A stretch of 60,612 nucleotides of DNA, filler included. It is 8 parts of 8 records of this genome, joined end to end, with 100 filler letters (N's around TTAATTAATTAA, not from the genome) between each part and the next. Parts side by side here need not be neighbours in the genome. Positions count along the whole stretch, not along the records: positions 7,448 to 12,583 come from DRR723986_12648; positions 12,684 to 17,984 come from DRR723986_12667; positions 18,085 to 25,058 come from DRR723986_12726; 5 more parts are not named here. One strand, given 5' to 3'. The notes under the pieces are model-generated. The model was not told the origin of the DNA. It was given only the letters and a program-made list of their open reading frames with translations, and did no database searches. Below, in pieces: positions 11,301-20,432 of this stretch; the stretch's first letter is position 1, and each line of letters starts with the position of its first letter. Position numbers and translations under genes: made by a program.

Positions 11301-12583
11301 TTCCCCCCCAAAAGGCGTGTCACCATTTCTGTTGTGTCGCGGCTTAGCTTTGGGGTGGCAAGGATGCGCTGCAGTGCGGTGCGGGCATGGGCCTGGAGGG
11401 CGGCATCAAATCGGGCCCATGTGGAAAAGGCGGCCGTTTGGCGGGCGGTGGTTTGCGGGTTGACCGGATCAAGCCTGATCAGCCAATCGGCCAGCAGCGC
11501 ATAGCCCGCCCCATCGGCGCGGTGAAACGCCCCATGGTTGCCCGCCAGCGCCCCCAATGTGGCGCGGAAACGATTGGGGTTTTTCCACGTAAAATCAGGG
11601 TGCTGGGTCAGCGCCTGGCATATCTCGACCGCCTGTGTGGGCGGCGCCATGGCCACTTGCAAGGCAAACCATTTATCGATCACCAAACGATCATGCTGCC
11701 ATTGGCTGTAAAAGGCCTGCGCCGCGCTGTCGCCCCGGCTTGCCGCCAAAAGCGCCCCAAAGGCTGCCAATTGCTGGGTCATGTTATCGGCGCTATCAAA
11801 CTGGCGCTGGGCGGTGGCGCCACCGTCAAGCCGGCTGAGCAGCGCCAGCACCGCATTGGCCAGCGCCCGATTGGCCGATTGCGCGGCATCGGGGCTGTAG
11901 GGGGCCTGCACCTGATGTTGCGTGTAAAGGCGCGGCAGGCTGTCTTGCATATGCTGCGCCATCGCTTGGCGCAGGGTTTCATGGGCCAGCCAAATGGCCT
12001 GCGGATCGGGCACATGGCCCGCCTGATGCAGCGCGCTGGCCAGATCATCGGCGCCAGGCAGCCCCAGCACCAGCGCCCGCAGCGCCGGATCCAGCGTATC
12101 ATCGCGCAAGGTGGTGTGAATGGCCGCCAGATAGCCCGCATCGGGGGCTGCATCATCGGTGATCATGCGCAGCAACGTGTTGCGCGCCAGGTTGCGCCCG
12201 GCCTCCCAGCGGTTGAACGGGTCTGTGTCATGGGCCATCAAAAAGGCCAGCTGGGCATCTGTCGAGTCGCGCTGCAAGATCACCGGCGCCGAGAAATCGC
12301 GCAAGATCGAGGGCACAGGCCGGCTGGCCAGCCCGTGAAAGGCAAAGCTTTGGCTGGTTTCGGTCATCTCGAGCACGGTTGTGGGCAGCACTTCGTCGCC
12401 ATTTGGCCCCAGCAGCCCCACCGCGATGGGCAGCACCTGTGGCGCCTTTTCAGGCTGGCCGGGTGTGGGGGGCGTGGTCTGGGTGAAATGCAGCGTATAG
12501 GTGCCGTTTTCGAATGTGTCAGTGACCCGCAGGCGCGGGGTGCCGGCCTGGCTATACCAGCGTTTGAACTGGGTCAGATCGCG
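11297..12583 (-). CDS. pepN: Aminopeptidase N, C-terminal part
   Basis: QFKRWYSQAGTP, LRDFSAPV, DPFNRWEA, DKWFALQ, NPNRFRA. Confidence 0.95.
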   Translation of the reverse strand, partial: RDLTQFKRWYSQAGTPRLRVTDTFENGTYTLHFTQTTPPTPGQPEKAPQVLPIAVGLLGPNGDEVLPTTVLEMTETSQSFAFHGLASRPVPSILRDFSAPVILQRDSTDAQLAFLMAHDTDPFNRWEAGRNLARNTLLRMITDDAAPDAGYLAAIHTTLRDDTLDPALRALVLGLPGADDLASALHQAGHVPDPQAIWLAHETLRQAMAQHMQDSLPRLYTQHQVQAPYSPDAAQSANRALANAVLALLSRLDGGATAQRQFDSADNMTQQLAAFGALLAASRGDSAAQAFYSQWQHDRLVIDKWFALQVAMAPPTQAVEICQALTQHPDFTWKNPNRFRATLGALAGNHGAFHRADGAGYALLADWLIRLDPVNPQTTARQTAAFSTWARFDAALQAHARTALQRILATPKLSRDTTEMVTRLLGGK

Positions 12584-12683
12584 NNNNNNNNNNNNNNNNN
12601 NNNNNNNNNNNNNNNNNNNNNNNNNNNTTAATTAATTAANNNNNNNNNNNNNNNNNNNNNNNNNNNNNNNNNNNNNNNNNNNN

Positions 12684-12716
12684 CGGGTCGACGTGCCGAA
12701 GGCACGGCGAAACGGC
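12684..12716 (-). repeat. REP-like palindrome, copy 1 (cUUCGg hairpin)
   Basis: ggtcgacgtgccgaaggcacggcgaaa; near-identical at 14781-14807 and, inverted and shorter, at 45661-45686. Confidence 0.75.
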
Positions 12717-13496
12717 TCAGGCAGATGGCTGCAGCCGCTCCAGCAGACCCGCACGATCCGAGAGATAGGGCAACCGTTTCCGGGCGGCACGCACAGCGTC
12801 GACATCAAGATCCGCAACAATCAGGCCCGCACTCTGGCCCGCTTCCGCCACCGTCTGTCCGACCGGCCCCACGATCCGGCTGCCGCCATAATATCGCAAG
12901 CCGTTCTCCTCACCCGCGTGATTGGCATAGAGCAGCCAAAGCCCGTTCTCGAACCCCCGCGCCGGCATCACCTCGCGCGAAACATTGCCCCACTGATCCG
13001 ACAGAGCGGTCGGCACGAATAGCACCTCCGCCCCCGCCAACGCCGCCGCGCGTGGGCCTTCGGGGAACTCCGCGTCATAGCAAATCAGGATCGCGCAACG
13101 CAGTCCCATGAAATCGAACACCCCGCATCCCTGCCCTTCGGCAAAGCGCCCCGTTTCTGGTCCCGGTGGAATGACCAGCTTGCGGTGATGGGCGACCCGG
13201 CCCTCTGGCCCCACCAGCTGCGCCGCATTGAACACGCGCGCTCCGTCCCGCTCTGCATACCCGTAGAGAACGGCCGTCCCGGTCCGCGCTGCCAGGGCCT
13301 GAACGGCCTGTGCAAATGCCCCGTCCGCCGGTTCTGCCAGATCCGCTACCGCGTCGCCGATATGATAGCCGCAGGCAAACAGCTCCGGACACAGCACCAC
13401 ATCAAGCCCCTGCCCCGAAATGGCCCTTTCCAGCCCATCCAGCCGCTCCGCCGCAGACAGCCCCGCCCCGTCGCTCTGCCAGATACCCGCTTTCAC
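12717..13496 (-). CDS. Carbon-nitrogen hydrolase (nitrilase superfamily amidohydrolase)
   Basis: Catalytic E-K-C triad: CPELF, HRK, ICYDAEFPE. Confidence 0.92.
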   Translation of the reverse strand: MKAGIWQSDGAGLSAAERLDGLERAISGQGLDVVLCPELFACGYHIGDAVADLAEPADGAFAQAVQALAARTGTAVLYGYAERDGARVFNAAQLVGPEGRVAHHRKLVIPPGPETGRFAEGQGCGVFDFMGLRCAILICYDAEFPEGPRAAALAGAEVLFVPTALSDQWGNVSREVMPARGFENGLWLLYANHAGEENGLRYYGGSRIVGPVGQTVAEAGQSAGLIVADLDVDAVRAARKRLPYLSDRAGLLERLQPSA

Positions 13497-14653
13497 GTCG
13501 GCTGCCCGGAATAGAGGATCTCGCGCGGATATTCGGTCAGGTATTCAAAACCGGTATCCGTCACGACAATCGAATCCCCGATCCGCCCGCCGCACTGCCC
13601 ATCCAGCGAAATCCCACCGTCCACGGCAAAGGTCATGCCCGGCTGCAACACGGTCCTATCCCCCGCCTTCAGCTCCGGCGCTTCCAGATAGCTCATCCCG
13701 ATGGATCGCCCGGTGCGATAGCCGGTTTCATAGCCCCGCGCCCGGTAAACCTCATTTGCCGCCTCCGCCACGCTTTCGGCGCTGACGCCCGGCCGGATCG
13801 CCGCAATCGCAGCCTGCTGCGCGTCTATTGCCGCCTGCTGTACCCGGATCGCCGCGTCGCTGGCGTGTTCGATGAAGAACATCCGGTCAAAGCCGAGCTT
13901 GTAGAGCTTGAACTGCGCCATGTTGCAGAAGCAGAAATAGACCGGGTCGCCGGGGACAAGGCGCTTCACGCTGGCCCGGCGATGCACCATTGAGGTATCG
14001 GTGCCCGATTGCATGATCTGCACCCCCTGGATCATCGGAGACACGAACGCCTCCCAGCCTTTGTCGGTCAGGAACCCTGCCGCCTTGCGGGTGCCTGCGT
14101 CGATCACCGCCAGCGCCGCCTCGTATTCCGGCACATCCGCGGCCAGCGCGCCATGGGCTGCCCCCATCATCGCCCCCGCGATCTGGCCTGCCGCACGCAT
14201 CACCTCGATCTCGGCGGGTGATTTGATCATCCGCATGGCCCCAAGCAAGGGCGAGACATCGGTCAGTTCGGTCCCCGGCATCTGCGCGTCGAACCAGTTG
14301 CGCAACGGGGCTGGCAACGTGCCTTTTTCCACCGCCACACGCGGCGCATTGCCCAACACTTTCGGCAGCACATGCACCCAGTGATTGTTGCCCATATCCT
14401 CCCAGGTCACCACCTCCTCGACCCAGGTCATGGCGGCCACCATTTCGCTTTCCATCAATGGTGTCACCACGACCGGATCCGCATCGGGGCGCACGACCAG
14501 GGCAGTCGGTCGCCCGAATTCAACCGAAAGATAGCCCCAGAACCCGGCCAGATATCCGATCGACGCTTCATCCGTGATCAGCGCCACCTCTATCCCGGCC
14601 TCGGCCAGCTTTTGCTGGAACCGCGCGTGTCTGTCTTTCGCTTCTTCAAGCAT
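13493..14653 (-). CDS. M24 (Xaa-Pro peptidase/creatinase-fold) protein lacking canonical metal ligands
   Basis: MRMIKSPAEIEVMRAA, LQPGMTFAV, DSIVVTDTGFEYLT; purine-rich RBS-like AGAGGGG before ATG 14653. Confidence 0.88.
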   Translation of the reverse strand: MLEEAKDRHARFQQKLAEAGIEVALITDEASIGYLAGFWGYLSVEFGRPTALVVRPDADPVVVTPLMESEMVAAMTWVEEVVTWEDMGNNHWVHVLPKVLGNAPRVAVEKGTLPAPLRNWFDAQMPGTELTDVSPLLGAMRMIKSPAEIEVMRAAGQIAGAMMGAAHGALAADVPEYEAALAVIDAGTRKAAGFLTDKGWEAFVSPMIQGVQIMQSGTDTSMVHRRASVKRLVPGDPVYFCFCNMAQFKLYKLGFDRMFFIEHASDAAIRVQQAAIDAQQAAIAAIRPGVSAESVAEAANEVYRARGYETGYRTGRSIGMSYLEAPELKAGDRTVLQPGMTFAVDGGISLDGQCGGRIGDSIVVTDTGFEYLTEYPREILYSGQPT

Positions 14654-14744
14654 GATCGTCCCCTCTTTTCTGGCACCAGACTGCGTCAAGGGCAGCCGGA
14701 TGCATGCCCATTCGCGGCTATCCCATGTCGCTGAGGAACAAGTC

Positions 14745-14811
14745 GCGCCGCGCCCGGCCCGCAGGGGCGGGCGCGGCGCCGGTCGACATGCCGAAGGCAT
14801 GGCGAAATCGC
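14745..14811 (-). repeat. REP-like composite palindrome, copy 2 (two hairpins)
   Basis: gcgccgcgcccg...cgggcgcggcgc followed by ggtcgacatgccgaaggcatggcgaaa, immediately 3' of the tetR stop. Confidence 0.75.
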
Positions 14812-15393
14812 TCAGGCGGCGACCGACTTGCGCACCATATCCCAGTAAATGCCTTCCACATCGGCCCGCGCCAGACGGCCGCCTTCGCGGTACCACGTGT
14901 TGACCCCGGTCAGCATGGCAATGATCGCCATCGTTGCCAGCTTGCTGTCGGCGACCGCAAAGGCCCCGCTGGCCTGCCCGCGCCGCAAAATATCCTGCAA
15001 CCGATCTTCGTAGTGCCGTCTGAGCCCTTCGATCACCGCGAAATTGTCCGGCTCCAGGTTGCGCAATTCCATATAGGCGATGAAAACCAGTTCCGGGCGA
15101 TCCAGATGATAGCGAATGTGGTGGCGGCAGAACGCCTCCAGCTGTGCGTCCGGCGCACCGTCCGGCACTTGCCAGTGGGTCAGCAGATGTTCCAGATGCT
15201 CACGCATCAGCTCGAACAAAAGCGACTGCTTGTCCGGCGTGTAGAGGTATAGTGCCCCCGCCTGCACGCCCACTTCCTTGGCGATCTGGCGCATCGAAAC
15301 AGCCGCAAACCCGTGGCGCGCGAACAATTTCAGCGCGGCGTCGCGGACCTTGGGGCCGGTGGTTTCAGCGTGAGAGCCTTGTTTGCGTGCCAT
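14812..15393 (-). CDS. TetR/AcrR family regulator
   Basis: AALKLFARHGFAAVSMRQIAKEVGVQAGALYLY HTH. Confidence 0.95.
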   Translation of the reverse strand: MARKQGSHAETTGPKVRDAALKLFARHGFAAVSMRQIAKEVGVQAGALYLYTPDKQSLLFELMREHLEHLLTHWQVPDGAPDAQLEAFCRHHIRYHLDRPELVFIAYMELRNLEPDNFAVIEGLRRHYEDRLQDILRRGQASGAFAVADSKLATMAIIAMLTGVNTWYREGGRLARADVEGIYWDMVRKSVAA

Positions 15394-15422
15394 GGCCGCA
15401 GATTAGCGGCGCTTTCGGGATA

Positions 15423-15436
15423 TGAACAGATGTTCA
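15423..15436. promoter_or_regulatory. Palindromic operator, likely for the adjacent TetR
   Basis: TGAACA-GA-TGTTCA, 30 nt upstream of the tetR start. Confidence 0.6.
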
Positions 15437-15522
15437 ATTCGCCCTTCACGCTGGACCTTTCCCACCCGCTCGCGCTATCACAGAGGGGCTCGTTCCTGCC
15501 GTTTCCTGCCGTGAGGGCCGCC

Positions 15523-15777
15523 ATGCGCGCCGTGATCTGTTTTTCCATCCTGCTGGTGCTGTCCGCCTGCTCGATTCGCGCGCCGGAGCTTGATGCCTCC
15601 ATCACCGAAACCAGCCGCGCCGCGCCATGGCCGGAACTGGTGCCGCTCGGTCCGCTGCTGGCCGGGGCCGAAGCGCTTGGCCCCCGCGCCGCAGACACCG
15701 AGGGTCGCACGCTGGAATGGCGTGCCGCCGACCTGCGCCGCCGCGCTGCGATTTTGCGCGCGCTGAGCGTCAATTAA
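15523..15777 (+). CDS. Small lipoprotein
   Basis: MRAVICFSILLVLSAC lipobox. Confidence 0.7.
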   Translation: MRAVICFSILLVLSACSIRAPELDASITETSRAAPWPELVPLGPLLAGAEALGPRAADTEGRTLEWRAADLRRRAAILRALSVN

Positions 15778-15860
15778 GCCCCCGGCCCACGTTGCGCCGA
15801 CCGGTCATTGCCGCTAACAGACGTAAAACGTGACCAGATCAGACAGTCGGAGGATCATCC

Positions 15861-17147
15861 ATGACAGACCCGCTTCGCCTTGGCATCGCCGGGCTTGGGA
15901 CCGTGGGCGTGGGCGTTGTGAAGATCGTTCAGCAAAAGGCCGATCTTCTGGCTGCACGCACCGGGCGTCCAGTGACGATCTCGGCCGTCTCTGCCCGCAA
16001 CAAATCGAAGAACCGCGATGTCGATATCTCTGGCTACGCTTGGGAAGACGACCCGGTGGCGCTGGCCACGCGCGACGACGTGGATGTGTTCGTGGAACTG
16101 GTGGGCGGCGATGAAGGCCCCGCCAAGGATGCAACCGAGGCCGCGATTGCCGCAGGCAAGGACGTGGTCACCGCCAACAAGGCGATGCTGGCCCATCACG
16201 GCCAGGCCCTGGCCGAAGCCGCTGAGGCCGCTGGTCGGGTGATCCGCTTTGAGGCCGCCGTTGCCGGTGGCATCCCGGTCATCAAAGCCCTGACCGAAGG
16301 TTTGGCGGGCAACGAGATCAGCCGCATCATGGGCGTCATGAACGGCACCTGCAACTACATCCTGACGCGGATGCAGTCGGCCGGGCTGTCATATGACGAG
16401 GTGTTCGAAGAGGCTAACCAGCTTGGCTATCTGGAGGCCGATCCAAACCTTGACGTGGGCGGCATCGACGCAGGCCACAAACTGGCCCTGCTGTCGGCCA
16501 TCGCCTTCGGCACGCGGGTCGATTTCGACGGGGTGGCGCTGGAAGGCATCGGTCAGGTCACCATCGAGGACATCAACCAAGCCGCCGAAATGGGCTTCCG
16601 CATCAAGCTGCTTGGCGTCACCCGGATGACGGGACGCGGGCTGGAACAGCGCATGACACCGTGCCTGGTGCCGGAAAACAGCCCGCTCGGGCAGCTGGAG
16701 GGCGGCACCAACATGGTGGTGCTGGAAGGCGACAGCGTCGGCCAGATCGTGTTGCGCGGTGCGGGCGCGGGCGAAGGCCCGACCGCAAGCGCCGTGATGT
16801 CCGATGTGCTGGATATCGCGCGCGGCATCCGGCTGCCCACGTTCGGCCAGCCCGCCACGACATTGGTCAAGGCCAACCGCGCCGCCGTTGCCACCGCTGC
16901 ACCCTATTATCTGCGCCTGACGCTGAAGGACAAACCCGGCGCGCTGGCCAAGGTCGCCGCTGTTCTGGGCAATTGTGGCATCTCTATCGACCGGATGCGC
17001 CAGCGCAGCCATGGCAGCACCGATGCGCCTGTCCTGATTGTCACTCACAAGGTGGCCGCGCCGTCGCTTCAGGACGCGCTGGAAGCTCTGCCAAAAACCG
17101 ACGTCGTGATCGGTCAGCCTGTGGCCCTGCGCATCGAGAACGTCTGA
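15861..17147 (+). CDS. hom: Homoserine dehydrogenase with ACT domain
   Basis: GIAGLGTVG, VVTANKA, EAAVAGGIP, NGTCNYIL, GAGAGEGPTASAV. Confidence 0.97.
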   Translation: MTDPLRLGIAGLGTVGVGVVKIVQQKADLLAARTGRPVTISAVSARNKSKNRDVDISGYAWEDDPVALATRDDVDVFVELVGGDEGPAKDATEAAIAAGKDVVTANKAMLAHHGQALAEAAEAAGRVIRFEAAVAGGIPVIKALTEGLAGNEISRIMGVMNGTCNYILTRMQSAGLSYDEVFEEANQLGYLEADPNLDVGGIDAGHKLALLSAIAFGTRVDFDGVALEGIGQVTIEDINQAAEMGFRIKLLGVTRMTGRGLEQRMTPCLVPENSPLGQLEGGTNMVVLEGDSVGQIVLRGAGAGEGPTASAVMSDVLDIARGIRLPTFGQPATTLVKANRAAVATAAPYYLRLTLKDKPGALAKVAAVLGNCGISIDRMRQRSHGSTDAPVLIVTHKVAAPSLQDALEALPKTDVVIGQPVALRIENV

Positions 17148-17270
17148 GCGTCGTCACAGGGCCGAAACGGGTTGAGCGTAAACGTCACGGGGTCAGCGCC
17201 CCGCCTTGTGCCGAAGCCCCGGCGCGGGGTAGTAGATTCTAAACGGCCCAATAACACTGGATTGTCTCAA

Positions 17271-17984
17271 ATGTCCCATCCCACCGATTTCAACGACCGC
17301 ATGTTGTCCCTCGGGCTCGCCCGTGTCTCCGAGGCTGCGGCCATCGCCTCTGCCAAGCTGATTGGGCGCGGCGATGAAAAGGCGGCCGATCAGGCGGCGG
17401 TCAACGCCATGCGCGACCAGTTGAACATGCTCGATATCGCTGGCGTGGTGGTGATCGGCGAAGGCGAGCGGGATGAAGCCCCGATGCTGTTCATCGGCGA
17501 AGAAGTCGGAACCGGCGACGGCCCCGCCGTGGATATTGCGCTTGACCCGCTGGAAGGCACGACCCTGACAGCCAAGGACATGCCGAACGCGCTGACCGTC
17601 ATCGCCATGGGCCCGCGCGGGTCAATGCTGCACGCGCCCGACACCTATATGGACAAGCTGGCCATCGGGCCGGGCTATCCCGAGGGGATCGTGACGCTTG
17701 ATATGGACCCGGCGACACGCGTCTCGGCGCTGGCCAATGCCAAGGGTTGCCTGCCGTCGGATATAACTGTCTGTATCCTCGAACGCCCCCGGCATGAACA
17801 GATGATCGAAGAGGTGCGCGGCACCGGTGCTGCCATTCGCCTGATCACGGATGGCGATGTGGCTGGCGTCATGCATTGCGCCGAGCCCGAAATCACCGGC
17901 ATCGACATGTATATGGGCCGCGGCGGCGCACCCGAGGGCGTTTTGGCCGCCGCAGCCCTGAAATGCATGGGCGGGCAGATGTAT
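17271..17984 (+). CDS. glpX: Class II fructose-1,6-bisphosphatase, N-terminal part
   Basis: VVIGEGERDEAPML, DIALDPLEGT, DGDVAG, GGAPEGVLAAAAL. Confidence 0.96.
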
Positions 17985-18107
17985 NNNNNNNNNNNNNNNN
18001 NNNNNNNNNNNNNNNNNNNNNNNNNNNNTTAATTAATTAANNNNNNNNNNNNNNNNNNNNNNNNNNNNNNNNNNNNNNNNNNNNCCCCGCCGCGACGACG
18101 GCGTGCG

Positions 18108-18237
18108 GGGTAGCCCGGGCTAGCCGGGGATACCCCGGGCTACCACCCGCCTACCGCCAGCTACCCTAGCCTACCCTACCCTACCCCGGGCTTCCTTCAG
18201 CTTCCTCTTGGTAGGGTAGGCTATCCCGTGCTATCCT
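18108..18237. repeat. Roughly 10-bp-phased CTACC/CTAGC/CTATCC/CTTCC repeats, putative plasmid centromere (parS/parC)
   Basis: About 12 degenerate units in helical phase directly upstream of parA. Confidence 0.65.
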
Positions 18238-18300
18238 TTTCCCCAGTCGCCCGGAGAGGCGCGTGAAGAACAAGAGCAGACATATAGAGGACAGGCACCC

Positions 18301-18993
18301 ATGCCCGTGATTGCATTCGCCAATTCCAAGGGCGGAAGCGGCAAGACCACCAGCGCGCTGTTGCTGGCGCAGGCTCTTGCGGCCCACCGCCCCACCACCC
18401 TCATCGACGCGGACCCGCGCCATCCGATCACCACATGGGCCGAGAAGCCCGGCTGCCCCGAGACCCTGAGCGTGGTCACCAACGCCAGCGAGAAGACCAT
18501 CCTCGACGAGATCGAGGAGGCCGCCGCCCGCGATCCCTTCGTGATCATCGACCTCGAGGGCACGGCGTCGCGGCTGATGTCCTACGCGATCAGCCAGGCC
18601 GACCTCGTGATCATCCCGATGAAGGAACAGCAGCAGGACGCACTGGCGGCGCTCGACGTGATCCAGGAGATATACCGCGACATGAAGGCCCTGCGGCGGC
18701 GCATTCCCTACGCGGTGCTCTTCACGCAAAGCCGCGCGGCGGTGAAGTCGCGCACCGCGCGCCACATCGCGGCGCAGTTCCGCGACAACGACACGATCGA
18801 CACCTTCGCCACCGAGATCCACGAGCGCGACGCCTTCGCGGCGATGTTCTCGATGGGGGGCACGGTGGCGGCGATGTCGCCCGGTCAGGTCAACGGGCTG
18901 GACCGCGCGCTGGAGAACGTCGAGTCCTTCCGCGCCGAGGTGGTGGCCAAGCTGCGCGCCATCCGCGAGGCGGACGCGGAGAGGGCAGCGTGA
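18301..18993 (+). CDS. parA: Type Ib plasmid partition Walker ATPase
   Basis: KGGSGKTT, LIDADP, IIDLEG, ADLVIIP; no N-terminal HTH. Confidence 0.93.
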   Translation: MPVIAFANSKGGSGKTTSALLLAQALAAHRPTTLIDADPRHPITTWAEKPGCPETLSVVTNASEKTILDEIEEAAARDPFVIIDLEGTASRLMSYAISQADLVIIPMKEQQQDALAALDVIQEIYRDMKALRRRIPYAVLFTQSRAAVKSRTARHIAAQFRDNDTIDTFATEIHERDAFAAMFSMGGTVAAMSPGQVNGLDRALENVESFRAEVVAKLRAIREADAERAA

Positions 18994-19346
18994 TGTCGAA
19001 CCGGGAATCCCTTGCGATGCCGCGTTTCGACGGCGGGTCCGACGGCATGGACGATTTCGCGCCGCGCCGCGCGCCCCGGGCACCCGAACCGGCGGGGCAG
19101 GGGGGGCAGGCCGCCCCCGCTCCCGAACCGGCGCCGCGCCGCACCCCCGGCACAGCCCGCGACCGGCGGGCGGTGGACGCGGTGTCCCGCTTCCCCTCGC
19201 GCGAGGGACCGGCGGATGCGCAGCTGAACCTCAAGGGCCCGCGCGAGGTGCTGGAGCGCTTCAAGGCCATGTGCAAGGACGACCGCCGCAGCTACTACGA
19301 CATGCTGCGCATCCTGATGGACAATTTCGAGGGCAGGGCACGCTGA
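18993..19346 (+). CDS. Small partition partner with C-terminal ribbon-helix-helix (ParG-like)
   Basis: TGATG coupling to parA; disordered Pro/Ala-rich N-terminus, then AQLNLKGPREVLERFKAMCKDDRRSYYDMLRILM. Confidence 0.8.
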   Translation: MSNRESLAMPRFDGGSDGMDDFAPRRAPRAPEPAGQGGQAAPAPEPAPRRTPGTARDRRAVDAVSRFPSREGPADAQLNLKGPREVLERFKAMCKDDRRSYYDMLRILMDNFEGRAR

Positions 19347-19454
19347 AGGCCGGGCCCTGCCGCAGGAGCGGCGGGGTCCCCGACCGGAAAGCCCCGAACC
19401 CACACGGGTTTCGCGACCGTCCCGACTCCTGACCCATGGCAATCCGAGGACACC

Positions 19455-20003
19455 ATGACGACACTGAAACGGACCCTGACCGCCGGACTTCTGTCCCTTG
19501 CCCTGCACGCCCCGGCGCAGGCGGCGCATTACGCGCTGGAGGACTGGTGGCTGACCACCGACGCCTTCGGCGGCCTGAAGCAGAGCGAATACGACCCGAC
19601 CTTCCATTTCGCGGTCTCGGCATTCACGACATGGGCACCGGCGGATACCTATGAAATCCCCACCGGCTTTCGGTGGGCGACCACGCAGGACATCCTCGAT
19701 GCCTTCACGGACACGCATGTCGGCAACTGGAACTACTACAATCAGGGCGGATGGTCCGGCTATATCTGGGAGGGGCAGGCGCGACACCACTTCCGGGCCT
19801 TGGACAGCGGGTCGACCTATCATTACCTGCACGCCGGGCAACGCTCTTCCTATCAGGGCGGCATCAGTTCCTCGACGGCGGGATTCGCGGGGCTGGTCCT
19901 GATCGAGGACATGTCCGAAGTCCCGGTCCCCGCCGCGCTGGGGCTGATGCTTGCCGCCCTTGGCGGGTTGGGACTGGCCGGCTGGCGCCGCCGCAACGCT
20001 TGA
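19455..20003 (+). CDS. VPLPA-CTERM (PEP-CTERM-like) sorting-domain protein
   Basis: Signal peptide; C-terminus VPVPAALGLMLAALGGLGLAGWRRRNA. Confidence 0.9.
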   Translation: MTTLKRTLTAGLLSLALHAPAQAAHYALEDWWLTTDAFGGLKQSEYDPTFHFAVSAFTTWAPADTYEIPTGFRWATTQDILDAFTDTHVGNWNYYNQGGWSGYIWEGQARHHFRALDSGSTYHYLHAGQRSSYQGGISSSTAGFAGLVLIEDMSEVPVPAALGLMLAALGGLGLAGWRRRNA

Positions 20004-20065
20004 CGGCCGAGCCCTGACGGCCGGCGGCCGGCCCGCCGGGGCAGGGCCGCTGCGGATCGGAAGAG

Positions 20066-20389
20066 GTGAAGGGCAACAGCCCGGACTGGCCCTGGCTCGA
20101 TCAGGCCTGCCTTTTCACCAAGTCGTACTGGGGCCACGCAGACTTCGACCCTTCCGAGGGGGGCGTCCTTCATCATCGCGGTCACGGACCCTTGGCACAT
20201 CGGAAGAAAGAGGACAGCGCGGACAACGGCTATTTCTTCGCGCTGCCGCTCTTTGCCCTCCGGTCGGAGGCCGATCTCGAGCGCCGTGTGGTGGACCCGC
20301 TGAAGCGCCTCTTCGCCTCTGCCGATCCCTGCGCCGAGGCCGGAGCCGCCCTGACGAACGTGCCGGTGCTGCTGCCCGCCACGGGCTGA
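20066..20389 (+). CDS. Hypothetical protein or gene remnant
   Basis: Protein-like composition, GTG start; no motif recognised. Confidence 0.35.
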   Translation: MKGNSPDWPWLDQACLFTKSYWGHADFDPSEGGVLHHRGHGPLAHRKKEDSADNGYFFALPLFALRSEADLERRVVDPLKRLFASADPCAEAGAALTNVPVLLPATG

Positions 20390-20432
20390 ACGGGCAGGCC
20401 CGGCAGGCCCGCGGAAGAGAGGGCCGACCCCC

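Noticed and set aside
15424-15435. GAAC-N4-GTTC Gram-positive SOS (Cheo) box
   Set aside because: The host is alphaproteobacterial and the flanking genes are not repair genes; more likely a TetR operator.
18108-18237. Telomere-like or microsatellite repeat
   Set aside because: Degenerate and phased at about 10 bp directly before parA; a centromere is the better explanation.
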